Shown one piece after another: positions 1-10,900 of a stretch of DNA of 64,000 nucleotides. Origin of the DNA: a virus; IMG/VR virus record IMGVR_UViG_3300020176_000010, positions 1-64,000 of that record; one strand, written 5' to 3'. The notes under the pieces are model-generated. The model was given only the letters and a program-made list of their open reading frames with translations, was not told the DNA's origin and did no database searches. A program made the position numbers and the translations under genes. Numbering within the stretch: the stretch's first letter is position 1; every line of letters begins with the position of its first letter.

Positions 1-375
1 GGCACCATTGATGATAGCGCACGGCAGTGGAGCTACTGGCCACCACATCACCCGCGCAGCAAGTGGCACCGCTGGCTGTGGCTTGGCACTCGCAACATGG
101 CATCGCGCCTTGCCTCCGATGCCGGCCCAGAGATCACACCAGAGATGCGCTCGCGCCTTCGTCACTTCGGCGACGCAGAAACCAGCAAGAGCCATCCTGG
201 AGTTGCCGTGTACGAGCTCGATGGTCACTGGCAGATCTACGCCATCGAGAAGGCCCCATTCGGCCTTGTTGTCAGGCGCAATGTCGGCGTGAAGCTGTCG
301 ATGGCTGTTGGAGCGCTGCGCCGCCGCGCGCCGCTGGTTATGATCAAGTGGAGCCTCTTGCGGGGCATGCAATAA
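1..375 (+). CDS. Phage protein, probably 5'-truncated by window edge
   Basis: Frame 1 is open from base 1 (GTIDDSARQWSYWPP...) to TAA at 375; track start at 97 may be internal. Confidence 0.6.
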   Translation, partial: GTIDDSARQWSYWPPHHPRSKWHRWLWLGTRNMASRLASDAGPEITPEMRSRLRHFGDAETSKSHPGVAVYELDGHWQIYAIEKAPFGLVVRRNVGVKLSMAVGALRRRAPLVMIKWSLLRGMQ

Positions 376-394
376 AACGATAGCAGGATCATTC

Positions 395-2308
395 ATGGCA
401 GCAATTGCATTCAAGACATTTAAGGGCGAAATCCCAAGGGAAGAGCCTCACCTGCTGCCAGACCTGTACGCCCAGCTGGCTGAGAACTGCGACTTCTCGC
501 GAGGAGCGCTCTCTCCGCTCAAGGATGGGCTGCTGCTGCGCAACATGTCCACCAACCCAACGCGCGGCATCTACACCGAGGACGGCATCTCGTTCTTCAC
601 CTGGACTGTTGAGGCGCAGGCGTTTGGTAGCCCGATCATTGACGACAAGTACAACCGGGTGTTCTACCTGATCCCGGGTGAGGGGGTCTTTCGGGTGGCT
701 TCGAAGCTACAGATGTCGTTCACCGGCGGCCCGCCAACGCAATCCTTCATCGCAGGAGTTCCAAGACCCACAGCGGCCCCAATCCTTTCGCTGATTGAGA
801 GGTCGACGTTCCCAGACTACCCAAATGTGCTCGTAAAGTGCGATGCCTGGTGGGAGTTCAACGGGAAGGCGTACGGGAAGACAGCTGTTTCGCTTACAGC
901 AGAGTCCGCGCTTAGGCAATACCGGTTCAACACCCCGCCAATGCCAGAAGGGACCCCGGAGGAGGCTGTGCTGTGCGCGAACTTCAAATTCGTGAACCAG
1001 GACGATGCATCGGATATTGCATCCCTTCAGCTGCGCTCTGGAGTGTCGACTCGCACATCATCAATCCCGGGGACCGCGGAGGCGACACTCTCTTCGACAC
1101 CTTCCGGCGCTGTGGTATCCATCACCTATGGAACAAGCGAGACCAGGGCTTACACCTACGTGCTCGAAAACACCTGGGATGAGGAGAGCGCGCCTTCGCC
1201 ACCAGCAGCCATTTCCGTCACCTACGTGCAGGACGTGAAGATTGAGGTTGCGAGCGTCGATTTCACGGGATACCAGGCATTCAAGCGCGTGAACGTCTAC
1301 CGCACCTATGGTGGTGGGGATGCGTACGTGCGCGTGAAGACGGTTGTTTCTGGCGGTACATACATCGACAACACGGTGGCCCCAACCGATGTTGGTGTTG
1401 CGCTCGAGAGCATCGACTTCTACCCGCCGCCAACAGGCCTGCAGGGCCTCACAGTCCTGCCCAATGGGTGGTTCGCTGCATTCAAAGGGAACACCCTTTA
1501 CATGTCCGAGCCGTACCGTCCGCATGCCTGGCCGTACAGCATGACCTTCCCCACTGTGATCCGCGGGCTGTGCCCTGGCCAGCAGTCGCTGGTGGTCACT
1601 GCAGCTGACGGCGTTTATGTGGTGGCCGGCTCGTTCCCAAAGTCTGCGCAGCAGGTGAAGCTGTCGCTGCCGCAGGCTGGGATCGCGCAGCGCAGCATGG
1701 CGAACATTGACGGCGCAGTGGCCTATGCATCGAATGACAACGTCATCCTGGTGTCTGGCACATCCGCCACAGCCGAGGCTGGCCAGAAGCTATTCACGCG
1801 CGACAAATGGCGTGAGCGCTATCGCCAGTCACTACAGGATGCCAGCATGCGCTTCGGCTACCACGATGGCGCATTGGTGATGACATCGAAGACCCAGAAC
1901 CAGGGCTTCGTGATTCGACTGGATGAGGGTGTGGGCTTGTTTTCGCGAACGACCATCGGGTTCGACTCGATGTTCCTTCTGCCCGTCAACGACGCCCTGT
2001 ACTACTCGCTTGGGAATGCGGTCTACCAGTACAACGCCGGTGACGCAAAAACGTTCGACTGGTGGAGCAAGGACTTCGTCTTTCCGGAGCACGCCACATT
2101 CGGCGCAGGGTACATCCGCTGCGACGGCCCGGTGATAATGAAGCTGTACGCGGAGGGCGTCCTGGTCTATGAGCGGCAGCTGACCACGGGGCACTTCCGA
2201 ATCAAGGATCTGAAGAAGCAGCTCCGCTGGTCGGTGCGCCTCACTGGGACCAACACCGTTCGCGAGCTTCACTTAGCTCGCTCCATGGGGGAATTTAAGC
2301 AAGCATGA
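395..2308 (+). CDS. Podovirus-type tail protein (nozzle/tubular protein-like, resembling 933W-type tail genes)
   Basis: 637 aa, AGGA RBS; N-terminal FKGEIPR..P.LLP...AQLAENC and ETRAYTY...W.EESAPSP and LYMSEPYRPHAWP motifs recalled from podoviral tail proteins. Confidence 0.7.
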   Translation: MAAIAFKTFKGEIPREEPHLLPDLYAQLAENCDFSRGALSPLKDGLLLRNMSTNPTRGIYTEDGISFFTWTVEAQAFGSPIIDDKYNRVFYLIPGEGVFRVASKLQMSFTGGPPTQSFIAGVPRPTAAPILSLIERSTFPDYPNVLVKCDAWWEFNGKAYGKTAVSLTAESALRQYRFNTPPMPEGTPEEAVLCANFKFVNQDDASDIASLQLRSGVSTRTSSIPGTAEATLSSTPSGAVVSITYGTSETRAYTYVLENTWDEESAPSPPAAISVTYVQDVKIEVASVDFTGYQAFKRVNVYRTYGGGDAYVRVKTVVSGGTYIDNTVAPTDVGVALESIDFYPPPTGLQGLTVLPNGWFAAFKGNTLYMSEPYRPHAWPYSMTFPTVIRGLCPGQQSLVVTAADGVYVVAGSFPKSAQQVKLSLPQAGIAQRSMANIDGAVAYASNDNVILVSGTSATAEAGQKLFTRDKWRERYRQSLQDASMRFGYHDGALVMTSKTQNQGFVIRLDEGVGLFSRTTIGFDSMFLLPVNDALYYSLGNAVYQYNAGDAKTFDWWSKDFVFPEHATFGAGYIRCDGPVIMKLYAEGVLVYERQLTTGHFRIKDLKKQLRWSVRLTGTNTVRELHLARSMGEFKQA

Positions 2309-4053
2309 CTCCATTCAAACGCACAACGCAGGTAACAACGCTGCCGCCAACCATCGGGATCAAGGATCCAGAGGTTCGCGCGTTCCTTGACGCCATGGTG
2401 AACGCCTGGGACCTGCGTAGCGGCGTCACAAATGCGGATGACAGGGAGCGATTCGTCACCCTTGGGGAGATAAAGAAGCTGACGAACAAGGCTATTGTGC
2501 AGGCGTTTTCGCGCGGCTCCGGCGTGGCCGGTGGTGGCGGCGGCATTCCAAACCCTGGTGAAGACGATGTCTCCGGGATGATCGATGGGATGGTTGACTC
2601 CATTCGCCAAAGCATTCTGTACCAGCTGCTTGGCACATCAGTTGCACCAATCGATATCACAAACCTGAGGTCGAGAATCGATGCTGCCATCGGCGAGGTT
2701 GGTGCCACCATCCTGCGCGAACAAACGATTCGCTCGAGCGCGGATGAGGCTTTCGTATCACAGATCGAAGGCATCATTGCTCGCGTTGAAGAATCGGAGG
2801 CTGCAATCTTCGAAGAGCAGGAGATTCGCCTAACCAAGGACACCGCCCTCGCAAGAGCCATCAATACGATGTGGGCAGCCATTGGCGGAGATCAGGCAGT
2901 CATCCAGGACGGGCAGCTTGCAGCCGTGACGCCGTCCGCGGTGCAGGCCTCCAGATGGACGCAAGTCGTTGCATCCGTCACCGACCCAAACACGGGTCAG
3001 ATCAACTCCACGTCGATCAAGCAGGATCTCAACTCATACGCCAGCAAGGTGGATGGCAAGTTCAACTCCATCTACTCGGTTCGAGCCCAGGTGGATGTTG
3101 GCGGCCGAACCGTCGTTGGTGGCTTTGGGCTTTCCGCAACAGCTGGAGCTGGTAGCGCCGAAGGCCCGACCATCGATTTTGGCGTGCGAGCCGACAGGTT
3201 CTGGATTGCGGCCACATCTGGCTCTGGAGATGTGGCGTCGCAGATGAGTCCAGCGAAGAACGAAATGCCGTTCATCGTTGTGACCAGCACGCAAACCTAC
3301 AACGGAATCACCTATCAGCCCGGCGTCTACATGAAGTCGGCGTTCATTGTTGATGCATCGATCACCAACGCAAAGATTGGCAGCCTGATCTACTCCAACA
3401 ACTTCGATGGAGCAATAAGCCCCGACGGGAAACTGATCATCACCAACGGGACGCAGGGGTGGGCCATCGACAAGTCTGGCAACGCTGTGTTCAACAACCT
3501 CGTCGCGAGAGGCACGCTGCTGTCTGACAACTACAGCCCAGGCTTCAGTGGGTGGCGCATAGACAGGAGCGGATCGGCAGAGTTCAATGGCATTATCCTT
3601 TCCAGGCCGAACATCATCCGATCAGGCGTTTATGATGCAAGCGGAATCACTGTCAGCGCATATATCCAGGATGGCTTTGACGGCAGAGACAATCCTATCA
3701 GCAGGCCAATCACAAAAAGTGACGTCGTTGCATCCATCCTGATTGACACCGGCTACAACACGCTAACAGACGTCGGTTTGACGAATGGCCCTGGTTTTTG
3801 CGCTCGAGTGCTAGCTATTGCTGGTGGTTGGCACATGTGGTGGGCCGGTGGAACGCCGGCAAGCCCGACGTACAATGTGTACCCAGATGTTTCTGTCGGA
3901 TTCTACAATTCGTTCGGAATCAGTGGGGTGATATTCACCGGTGAGTACGGCCGCGTGTACATTCGACTCAATGTGGCGATCGATCTGTTGCAGCCCAACA
4001 TCACGCAGATTCGCCTTGGAAACTTTCGCTGGGAGCTGGCGCGACTGACATGA
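2305..4053 (+). CDS. Tail tip/fibre protein with DUF1983-like region
   Basis: 582 aa; GGFGL...FGVRADRFWIA...PFIV...GVYMKSAFIVDASITNAKIG motif; lower-GC variable C-terminus; ATGA overlap with upstream gene. Confidence 0.7.
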   Translation: MTPFKRTTQVTTLPPTIGIKDPEVRAFLDAMVNAWDLRSGVTNADDRERFVTLGEIKKLTNKAIVQAFSRGSGVAGGGGGIPNPGEDDVSGMIDGMVDSIRQSILYQLLGTSVAPIDITNLRSRIDAAIGEVGATILREQTIRSSADEAFVSQIEGIIARVEESEAAIFEEQEIRLTKDTALARAINTMWAAIGGDQAVIQDGQLAAVTPSAVQASRWTQVVASVTDPNTGQINSTSIKQDLNSYASKVDGKFNSIYSVRAQVDVGGRTVVGGFGLSATAGAGSAEGPTIDFGVRADRFWIAATSGSGDVASQMSPAKNEMPFIVVTSTQTYNGITYQPGVYMKSAFIVDASITNAKIGSLIYSNNFDGAISPDGKLIITNGTQGWAIDKSGNAVFNNLVARGTLLSDNYSPGFSGWRIDRSGSAEFNGIILSRPNIIRSGVYDASGITVSAYIQDGFDGRDNPISRPITKSDVVASILIDTGYNTLTDVGLTNGPGFCARVLAIAGGWHMWWAGGTPASPTYNVYPDVSVGFYNSFGISGVIFTGEYGRVYIRLNVAIDLLQPNITQIRLGNFRWELARLT

Positions 4054-4406
4054 TCTACATCCTCAACAACGACGGCACGCTGAAGGCGGAGGCCTTTGAC
4101 AGCGACGATACCATCGGAGACCAGAAGACAACAACCATCGCGCCGCCGCCATGGCGCGATGGATTTGTGCGGGTCTTTAATGGGTCCAAGTGGGTGGAGC
4201 TCGAGCGCAAGCTCAGCAACGAGCACCCAGCTCAACCAGTGCGCCGAATGTACCCACCAATCACGGAGCAGCTGGACATGCTGTGGCACGCCATGGATCG
4301 AGGCGATATACCAAAGGCTGGCGAGTTCTACGAGACGATCAAGGCCGTCAAGGAATCAACCCCTGCGACGCCAAAGATTTTCGAAGTTGGAAGGATGCCG
4401 GAATGA
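4050..4406 (+). CDS. Tail fibre assembly chaperone-like protein
   Basis: 118 aa directly after fibre gene; RRMYPPITEQLDMLWH motif. Confidence 0.6.
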   Translation: MIYILNNDGTLKAEAFDSDDTIGDQKTTTIAPPPWRDGFVRVFNGSKWVELERKLSNEHPAQPVRRMYPPITEQLDMLWHAMDRGDIPKAGEFYETIKAVKESTPATPKIFEVGRMPE

Positions 4407-4909
4407 CGTGGTACAGGTTCAGATCAATCCCAGTGCCAGGCTTCAACCTTGTCGAGTCAACGCCATCAGTTGGCGATGAGCATGCCAAGCGATTCGGCTT
4501 CGGCGTGACGCCAAAGAATCAAGCCACTCTGAACATCTACATCTCCGGCGAGTTCACGGTCGAGATCATCGACGCGTCCTTCTCGCAGACCATGCGCCCT
4601 GGGGATACGAGCCTCGACATGTCAATTTCCGAGTTCCCAAGTGGATCCCTGTGCACGGAGCGCGCCACTGCGGGGCCGGCGAAGAGGCTTTGCCTGTCGC
4701 CATCAACCTCAAGCGGAAGGTGGAGGCGCAGGATTGAGATGCTCCCGCCAGGGGGGTCGATTGCCATAGAGACTGGCGCAATCGTGATCGTGGCGTCAGG
4801 GTCTGCGGTTGCGTCTGGCCGCAAGATGCAGCCAGGAGACGCGGCCGTCGACTGTAGGATTGTGGAGTCTCCAGCCGGCGCAAAGCTGGTGGTGGCGAGT
4901 TTGATGTAG
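4403..4909 (+). CDS. Hypothetical protein (cupin-like, tentative)
   Basis: ATG 4403 overlaps previous stop (ATGA); MTWYRFRSIP... Confidence 0.6.
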   Translation: MTWYRFRSIPVPGFNLVESTPSVGDEHAKRFGFGVTPKNQATLNIYISGEFTVEIIDASFSQTMRPGDTSLDMSISEFPSGSLCTERATAGPAKRLCLSPSTSSGRWRRRIEMLPPGGSIAIETGAIVIVASGSAVASGRKMQPGDAAVDCRIVESPAGAKLVVASLM

Positions 4910-4980
4910 CCAAAAGCCCAACATCTTGTTGTTTCAGGGTACAATCCGCGCGCGCGTTTGTTGCGCATGGAGGTGCGCCC

Positions 4981-5433
4981 GTGATCAGAAAAGCCGAGTT
5001 CTCCGATGTGCCAGCCATGTTGGAGATCGGCCGCCGATTTCACTCGGCAACGCTGTATGCAACGTACGGCGCAACCTTCAGCCCCGAAAAGCTCGGGGAA
5101 TCCCTCTCGAACTATCTGAGCTCCAGCGACGCATGCGTCCTGGTTGCTGAAAAGAACGACGTCCTGGTTGGCGTCGCATGCGCCGTCAAGACGCAGCTCT
5201 ACATGTCCGACGACGACGTCGCCGTGGAGCTCTTCTGGTGGGTTGAGCCAGAGGCTCGCGGCGGTACGTTGGCCATCCGGCTGATGAACCAGCTCGAGCA
5301 GTGGGCCGCCCAGGCTGGATGCAAGTGCATGGCCATGTCGTCCATGGCCACCATCGAGGGGAGTCCAGCTGACGAGATCTACTCTCGGCGCGGCTACCGC
5401 AACATCGAAAAATCGTGGATCAAGGGTTTGTAA
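4981..5433 (+). CDS. GNAT-family acetyltransferase
   Basis: GGAGG RBS, GTG start; MIRKA..D, ELFWWVEPEARGG, YSRRGY motifs. Confidence 0.8.
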   Translation: MIRKAEFSDVPAMLEIGRRFHSATLYATYGATFSPEKLGESLSNYLSSSDACVLVAEKNDVLVGVACAVKTQLYMSDDDVAVELFWWVEPEARGGTLAIRLMNQLEQWAAQAGCKCMAMSSMATIEGSPADEIYSRRGYRNIEKSWIKGL

Positions 5434-5434
5434 C

Positions 5435-6199
5435 ATGGCAGCAATCACAGCAGCCGTCGTTGGGGCAACTGCAGCGGTAGCCGGTGTGGCGAACGCTTCT
5501 AAGGCCCGCAAGGACGCAAAGAACGCCCAGGCGCAGCAGAAGGAGGCGGCCGACCGCCAGGCGGACATTGCCGAGCGCCAACAGGAGATGGCGGAAGAGC
5601 AGTACCAACGGTACAAGACCACCTTCCAGCCGCTCGAGGACCAGTATGTCGCAGAGTCTGCGAACTACGGCTCCATCGCCAACCAGAACAAGAAGGCCAA
5701 GGAGGCTGCATCTCTGGTTCGCGGCAACTTCGCCACGGCGCGTGAACAGCTGTCGCGCACACCAGGCATCAACACCAACAGCCAGGCCTACCTACAGGAG
5801 GCCAACCGGCTGAACCTTGCTGAGGCAGCAGCCAGCGCATCCACGCAGAACAAGGCGCGCGAAGACACTGTAGCCAAGGGTCGCGCCTACGCCACAGACG
5901 CACTGAGCCTTGGCAAGGGCCTGTCGGCAAATGCCGCATCCTCGCTAGGCGCTGCAGGCTCCGCTTACAGCAGCATCGGGTCCACATACGGGAACCTGGC
6001 ATCAGGCGCGCGAGCGAGCGCAGCAGACTCTATCAACGGCATCGGCACGATTGGACGGGCTGTTGGAGGCCTGCACCAGAGCGGGGCTCTGGACAGGATC
6101 GGCAGCACGGTTGGCGGCTGGCTTGGGTCCACCAACAGCAACACGCCAGCAATGATCGACACCAACACGACCGTAATCCCTGACACGATGTTCGCATAA
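5435..6199 (+). CDS. Internal virion / DNA ejection protein
   Basis: 254 aa Ala/Gly/Gln-rich helical protein with hydrophobic N-terminus, after GNAT gene as in podoviral ejection clusters. Confidence 0.65.
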   Translation: MAAITAAVVGATAAVAGVANASKARKDAKNAQAQQKEAADRQADIAERQQEMAEEQYQRYKTTFQPLEDQYVAESANYGSIANQNKKAKEAASLVRGNFATAREQLSRTPGINTNSQAYLQEANRLNLAEAAASASTQNKAREDTVAKGRAYATDALSLGKGLSANAASSLGAAGSAYSSIGSTYGNLASGARASAADSINGIGTIGRAVGGLHQSGALDRIGSTVGGWLGSTNSNTPAMIDTNTTVIPDTMFA

Positions 6200-6208
6200 G
6201 GAAGCAGC

Positions 6209-7927
6209 ATGGCACTCTTTGAACTAGCCCGAGGCCTTGCCGCCGGATACAACGGATTCAACGAAGGTGTTGACGCCGAGAAGAACCGCCAGCAGGCCGA
6301 TGCTGACCGCAAGTACCAAGCCGAGCAGCGCGCCTACCAACAGAGTCAGCAGAAGCGCACGATCGACGACCAGCGCCGCGCAGACGAGGCGCGCACCGCA
6401 CTGCAGGGTGTCGACATCATGCGGCCACAACCGCAAGTGCTGCGCGACGTCGCCAGCATCCAGGCCAAGGCTGGCAACATCGTTGAAGCACTGAAGACCC
6501 AAGAGGCGGCAACCGCGTCTGCTTACAAGCAGTCCGCCGAGCGCTTTGCGCAGATCCGCGCCGCGGCGCCAAGCATGACCGCTGAGCAGCTAGCCAAGGC
6601 GGCCGCTGACGCATTCAACTCCGACTACCTTCCGTCCAAGCTGAATGGCTACCAAGTCAACCCCGATGGCTCCATCGACATCGACGTAGCATCGCCAGAT
6701 GGCCGCTCACTGAAGCACCGCTTCAAGGACAAGAACGAGCTCCTGACTGGCATGGAGGCGCAGTACAGCCCTGACACCTACAACGCCTTCATCAAGGCCC
6801 AGCGCGACGCTGCGATCAAGGCGCAAGAGAAGATCGCCGAGCCTCGCGTGGTCTCCCCTGGGGCAACGCTCACAATCGGCGGCAAGCCCGTCTACGAAAA
6901 CCCGAATGGTCGCAATGTGATTGGCCAGGCCGAGGATGGAAGCCTCGTCTACGGGCAGCCAACTGGCGGCGGATCTCGCGCAAGCTCCGGCGGGTCTGGC
7001 GGAAAGGCTGCGAAGCCGGCTGACCCGCTGGCTCCGTACGTAGACGCATTTGAGTTCTCTTCCACAAAGGGTGAGAACAAGCTGCAAGAGGACGCTCTGG
7101 CGCGCGGTCAGAGCTACCTGCCAGCCCTTGCTCAGCAGGGCGTCAACCCGCAGGTTGCCGCGCTCATTGCTCGCGACGCAGCTGTTGATCCTACCAAGAC
7201 GGAGCTGCAGATTGATCACAGAACTGGCCGCGTTGATCGCATCTACCGCAACAAGGATGTCAATGGCGGGGAGCCTGTTCGCATTGCTGAAAACGCCGGG
7301 ACCGTAGAAGACCTCGTCAAGCAGGCCGGCGGCAAGCCAGAAGTGATCAAGAAGGATGTGGAGACGATGCTCTCCAGGATGGTCTCTGAAGCGCCATCCG
7401 AAAAGCGCCAATCGATCATGGATAGCTACATCAAGCTGGCATCCGATCCTGCGAAGCGTCAGGAATTCTTGCAATCGCAGCTCAACGCCGGCAAGTCACC
7501 GGAGGCTATCAAGAACCTCGAGAGGCAGCTGTCCTTGATTGGCGCCTATGTCAAGCCTCAGCAGGAGGTCGCCAAGAGCGGCAATGCAAACAAAGGCGAG
7601 TCACTGCTTAGTCGCCTTCGCAGCACAGGAGGGTTGTTTGGTCAGCAGCAAGCCATGCCGCAAACAGATCCAAACTCACCAGCCGGAAGGGCTCAGGCTC
7701 GACAGCAAGAGCTGCGCACACAGAAGGCAGAGAGCGAGCGGCAGTCTGCTGCACAGAAGGCGGAGCGCGAAAAGCTCACAGCCGCAGAGTACAGCGCAGA
7801 TCGCCAGGCTGTTGCCGATGGCAAAATGACAGCCCTCGAGCTTGCGCAAAAGTGGGACTCACGTCGCCGCGAGCTCTCCGTAAAGGATGCCGCCGATCTG
7901 CAAAATGCAGAGCGCCAAATTCGCTGA
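6209..7927 (+). CDS. Internal virion / DNA ejection protein
   Basis: 572 aa helical Q/A-rich protein; GLAAGY N-terminus; position before giant gene. Confidence 0.6.
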   Translation: MALFELARGLAAGYNGFNEGVDAEKNRQQADADRKYQAEQRAYQQSQQKRTIDDQRRADEARTALQGVDIMRPQPQVLRDVASIQAKAGNIVEALKTQEAATASAYKQSAERFAQIRAAAPSMTAEQLAKAAADAFNSDYLPSKLNGYQVNPDGSIDIDVASPDGRSLKHRFKDKNELLTGMEAQYSPDTYNAFIKAQRDAAIKAQEKIAEPRVVSPGATLTIGGKPVYENPNGRNVIGQAEDGSLVYGQPTGGGSRASSGGSGGKAAKPADPLAPYVDAFEFSSTKGENKLQEDALARGQSYLPALAQQGVNPQVAALIARDAAVDPTKTELQIDHRTGRVDRIYRNKDVNGGEPVRIAENAGTVEDLVKQAGGKPEVIKKDVETMLSRMVSEAPSEKRQSIMDSYIKLASDPAKRQEFLQSQLNAGKSPEAIKNLERQLSLIGAYVKPQQEVAKSGNANKGESLLSRLRSTGGLFGQQQAMPQTDPNSPAGRAQARQQELRTQKAESERQSAAQKAEREKLTAAEYSADRQAVADGKMTALELAQKWDSRRRELSVKDAADLQNAERQIR

Positions 7928-7943
7928 TCAACAAAAGTAATAC

Positions 7944-10900
7944 ATGGCACAGCAAGACTTCTCCGACATCGCATCACTCATTCCCGATGCGCAGCCGAGC
8001 GCCGCAACGAAGCCCGCAGCACAACAGCAGGCATCCGAGTTTTCGGACATCTCCGCTCTGTTGCCAGATGCGGCCCCTGCGCAGTCCGGTGTTGATGGCT
8101 TCGTTGCCCAGTACCGACCACTTGCGGAGCGCGTTGCAAAGCAGGCCGGCGTGGCGCCCGAGGCGATTCTCGGCCAATGGGGTCTTGAGACTGGCTGGGG
8201 CAAGAGCGTAATCCCTGGCACAAACAACCTTGGGAACATCAAGGACTTCAGCGGCGGCGGCGTTCTGGCAACCGACAACATGACCGGCAGCCGAGATGCG
8301 TATCGCAAATACGGCTCTGCAGAGGACTTTGGAGATGATTTTGCAGGCCTGCTTGCTCGCCGCTACAAGTCCGCCATTGGGTCTGGCCAGAATGCGGAGC
8401 GCTACTTCACTGCGCTGAAGACGTCCGGCTATGCGGAGGATCCAGACTATGTGAAGAAGGGCGTCGCGGCGACACAGATGGCTGCCCGCGCCATGGGGTC
8501 AGCAGCGCCTGCGTCTTTACAGGCGAAGAGCGAGTACGGCTCCATCCAGCCGCAGCCCCCGCGGTCAACCTTCGATGCCATCAAGGACATGGGAAGCGCC
8601 TTGTGGCAAGGCGCCAAGTCGACCGCCAGATCTGTTGGCGCAACTGGCAGCGCATACATCGGCAATCTGTCGGATGTTGAGCTGGCAGCAGAGGCGCAGA
8701 AGTCGGATGTTGCGAACAATCCAGCGGCGCTTCAGTCGCTCCAGGGAGAGATCGCTCGCAGGAAGGCCGCAAACCCAAATGCAGGCATTCTAGATGCCGC
8801 CGCCGACGTCATTGGCGCCGCGCTGCAGAACAAAGAGGGCATGGCGCAGATGGTTGCAAACCAGGCGCCAAACTCTGCTGTGGCGCTCGGAGGAGCCTGG
8901 GCTGGCGGCAAGGCCGGCGCTGCCGTTGGATCTGCGTTTGGCCCAGCTGGCACGGTGGTTGGCGGCGTGCTCGGCGGGCTCGCCGGCATGTTCCTCGGCA
9001 ACGCGGCAATGGAGACCGGCGGCAAAGCCATTGAGAAGGCTGAAGGCGGGTTTACCCCACAGGAGCGAACAGAGGCCATCGAGGAGGGCGCCGTAAAGGC
9101 TGGCGTCATTACAGCCGTCGATGCCGCAACATTCAAGCTCGGCGGCGCCATTGCGAGCAGCCTGAACAAGGGGGCAATCCGCGCTGGCGCTCGAGCCGAG
9201 GCGAAGGTGCTTGCAGATGCTGGCATCAATATCGCTGACGGCGCAGAGATCGTTGCTGCGCTGGCAAAGAATCCAGCACTTCGCAAAACAGCCATCGAGG
9301 CAGGAGAGAAGGCTGCAAAGGCGGCAAGCTCCACGGCTTCAAGGATTGGCACGGCCGGCACGCTACTGACCACAGAAACGCTCGGCGAAGGTGTCGGCGA
9401 GTACGGCGGCGAGCTTGCCGCAACCGGTCAGGCTGACCCGTACGATGCAGCACTGGAGGCCATCTCCAGCTTCTCGCAAAGCGCACCGCAGGCCGCCATG
9501 TCCATGGTGCAGTCTGCAAGCAACAGGCTCGACACAAAGGCGATCGTTGCCGCGGCTCCAGAGATGGCACCAGTCATCGAGAAGGCCGCAACTCCAAACT
9601 CACCACTGTCGCGCGCCGCCATGGCTGCCAACACGCCAGAGGTGGTGGCGCAACGCCAGGCCGAGCGGTCCGCGCAAGCTGGCGCTTTGGGCGATGCGTC
9701 TGCAGCAGAAGCGGCTCCAGCGGCGGCGAAAGATGCTGGCGTTCGACTGGCAGAGCTCGAGGCTATCGCCAAGGGCACGCCGTCGCAACAGGTGACAGAC
9801 GAGTCCGGCAATCCGTTGACGATTCCAGGCGAGCCTGGCCGCTTCTTCACCCAGGAAGAAAAGGCGGAGTATGACCAGCTTGTGCAAATGCGCGACGCCA
9901 CCGAAAAGGTGCGCAACGCAGACAAGCCGCAGGTCGACGAGATCTCCACCCGCGTGGAAGAGATCTCTGCATCGATTCGCGAGAATGGCACACTGCAGGC
10001 CATGCGCGACGCAGGCGAGAACACCAACGCCCTGCTGAAAGACTTGGCCATCGCCAAGAGCAAGTCCACGGCCGCCGCGCAACGCGAGCAGGCCCTGGCG
10101 CGTGTCGAGTTTGCACTCGGCATGTCCGACCAGCTGATGCCAGCCCGCCAGCCGCGCGAGGCCGCAGACCCCATCCAGGCTCAGCTGAGCAACCCACAGA
10201 TTTCAGAGGTCGATCGCGAAGAGTTGAGCATCAACTACTTTGCGTCGAAGAATCAGGCCTTGCCAGAGAAGACGCGCCAGCGTGCACTCGAGCGCGCGCA
10301 GGAGATCGTTGGCCGCTATGCGGCGCCTTCGACGGGTCGCGCAGAGGGTGATCTATCGCCGGCCGTGCTTGCTGACATCGCTCCGCAGCCCGGCTCTCCA
10401 GAGGAGGCTCTGCGTCAGGCTGAGCGCTTCGACAGTGGCGCCTACCAGTTCAAGGCCGAAGGCTTCCCCGACGAGGCTGCAGAGCTCGAGCTGCAGGCTG
10501 ATGCTGCGCGCAAGGAGGCTGCAGTTCGCCGCGAAGCGATCGAGCTGGCAAACCGCGTTGAGCAGGTTCCAGCACCCGCCGTGGCCACGCCAGCCGGCCC
10601 GGGCCCTGCGGCGCTACGAAAGCGCAAGGCAACTCTGCGCCAGCTGGTCGACAATGGTCTCGGCCGCGTTGAGCGCCGCAACGATGGCTTCTTCCTGGTG
10701 AGCCAGAACGGACGCCAGGAGTTCAAGCTGGACGGCATGGCCGACGCGCAGCTGGCACGCACGGCGATCGCAGACTCCATCCGCGACGGCGCAGCCAAGG
10801 CCAACACCAACCCCACAGAAGGCCAAAAGCAGGCCGGCAACTACAAGGTCGGCGAGATCAAGTTCGATGGCCTGACGCTGGCCGTCGAGAACCCGCAGGG

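Noticed and set aside
2305-4053. Diversity-generating retroelement target
   Set aside because: No reverse transcriptase and no TR/VR repeat pair seen in the window
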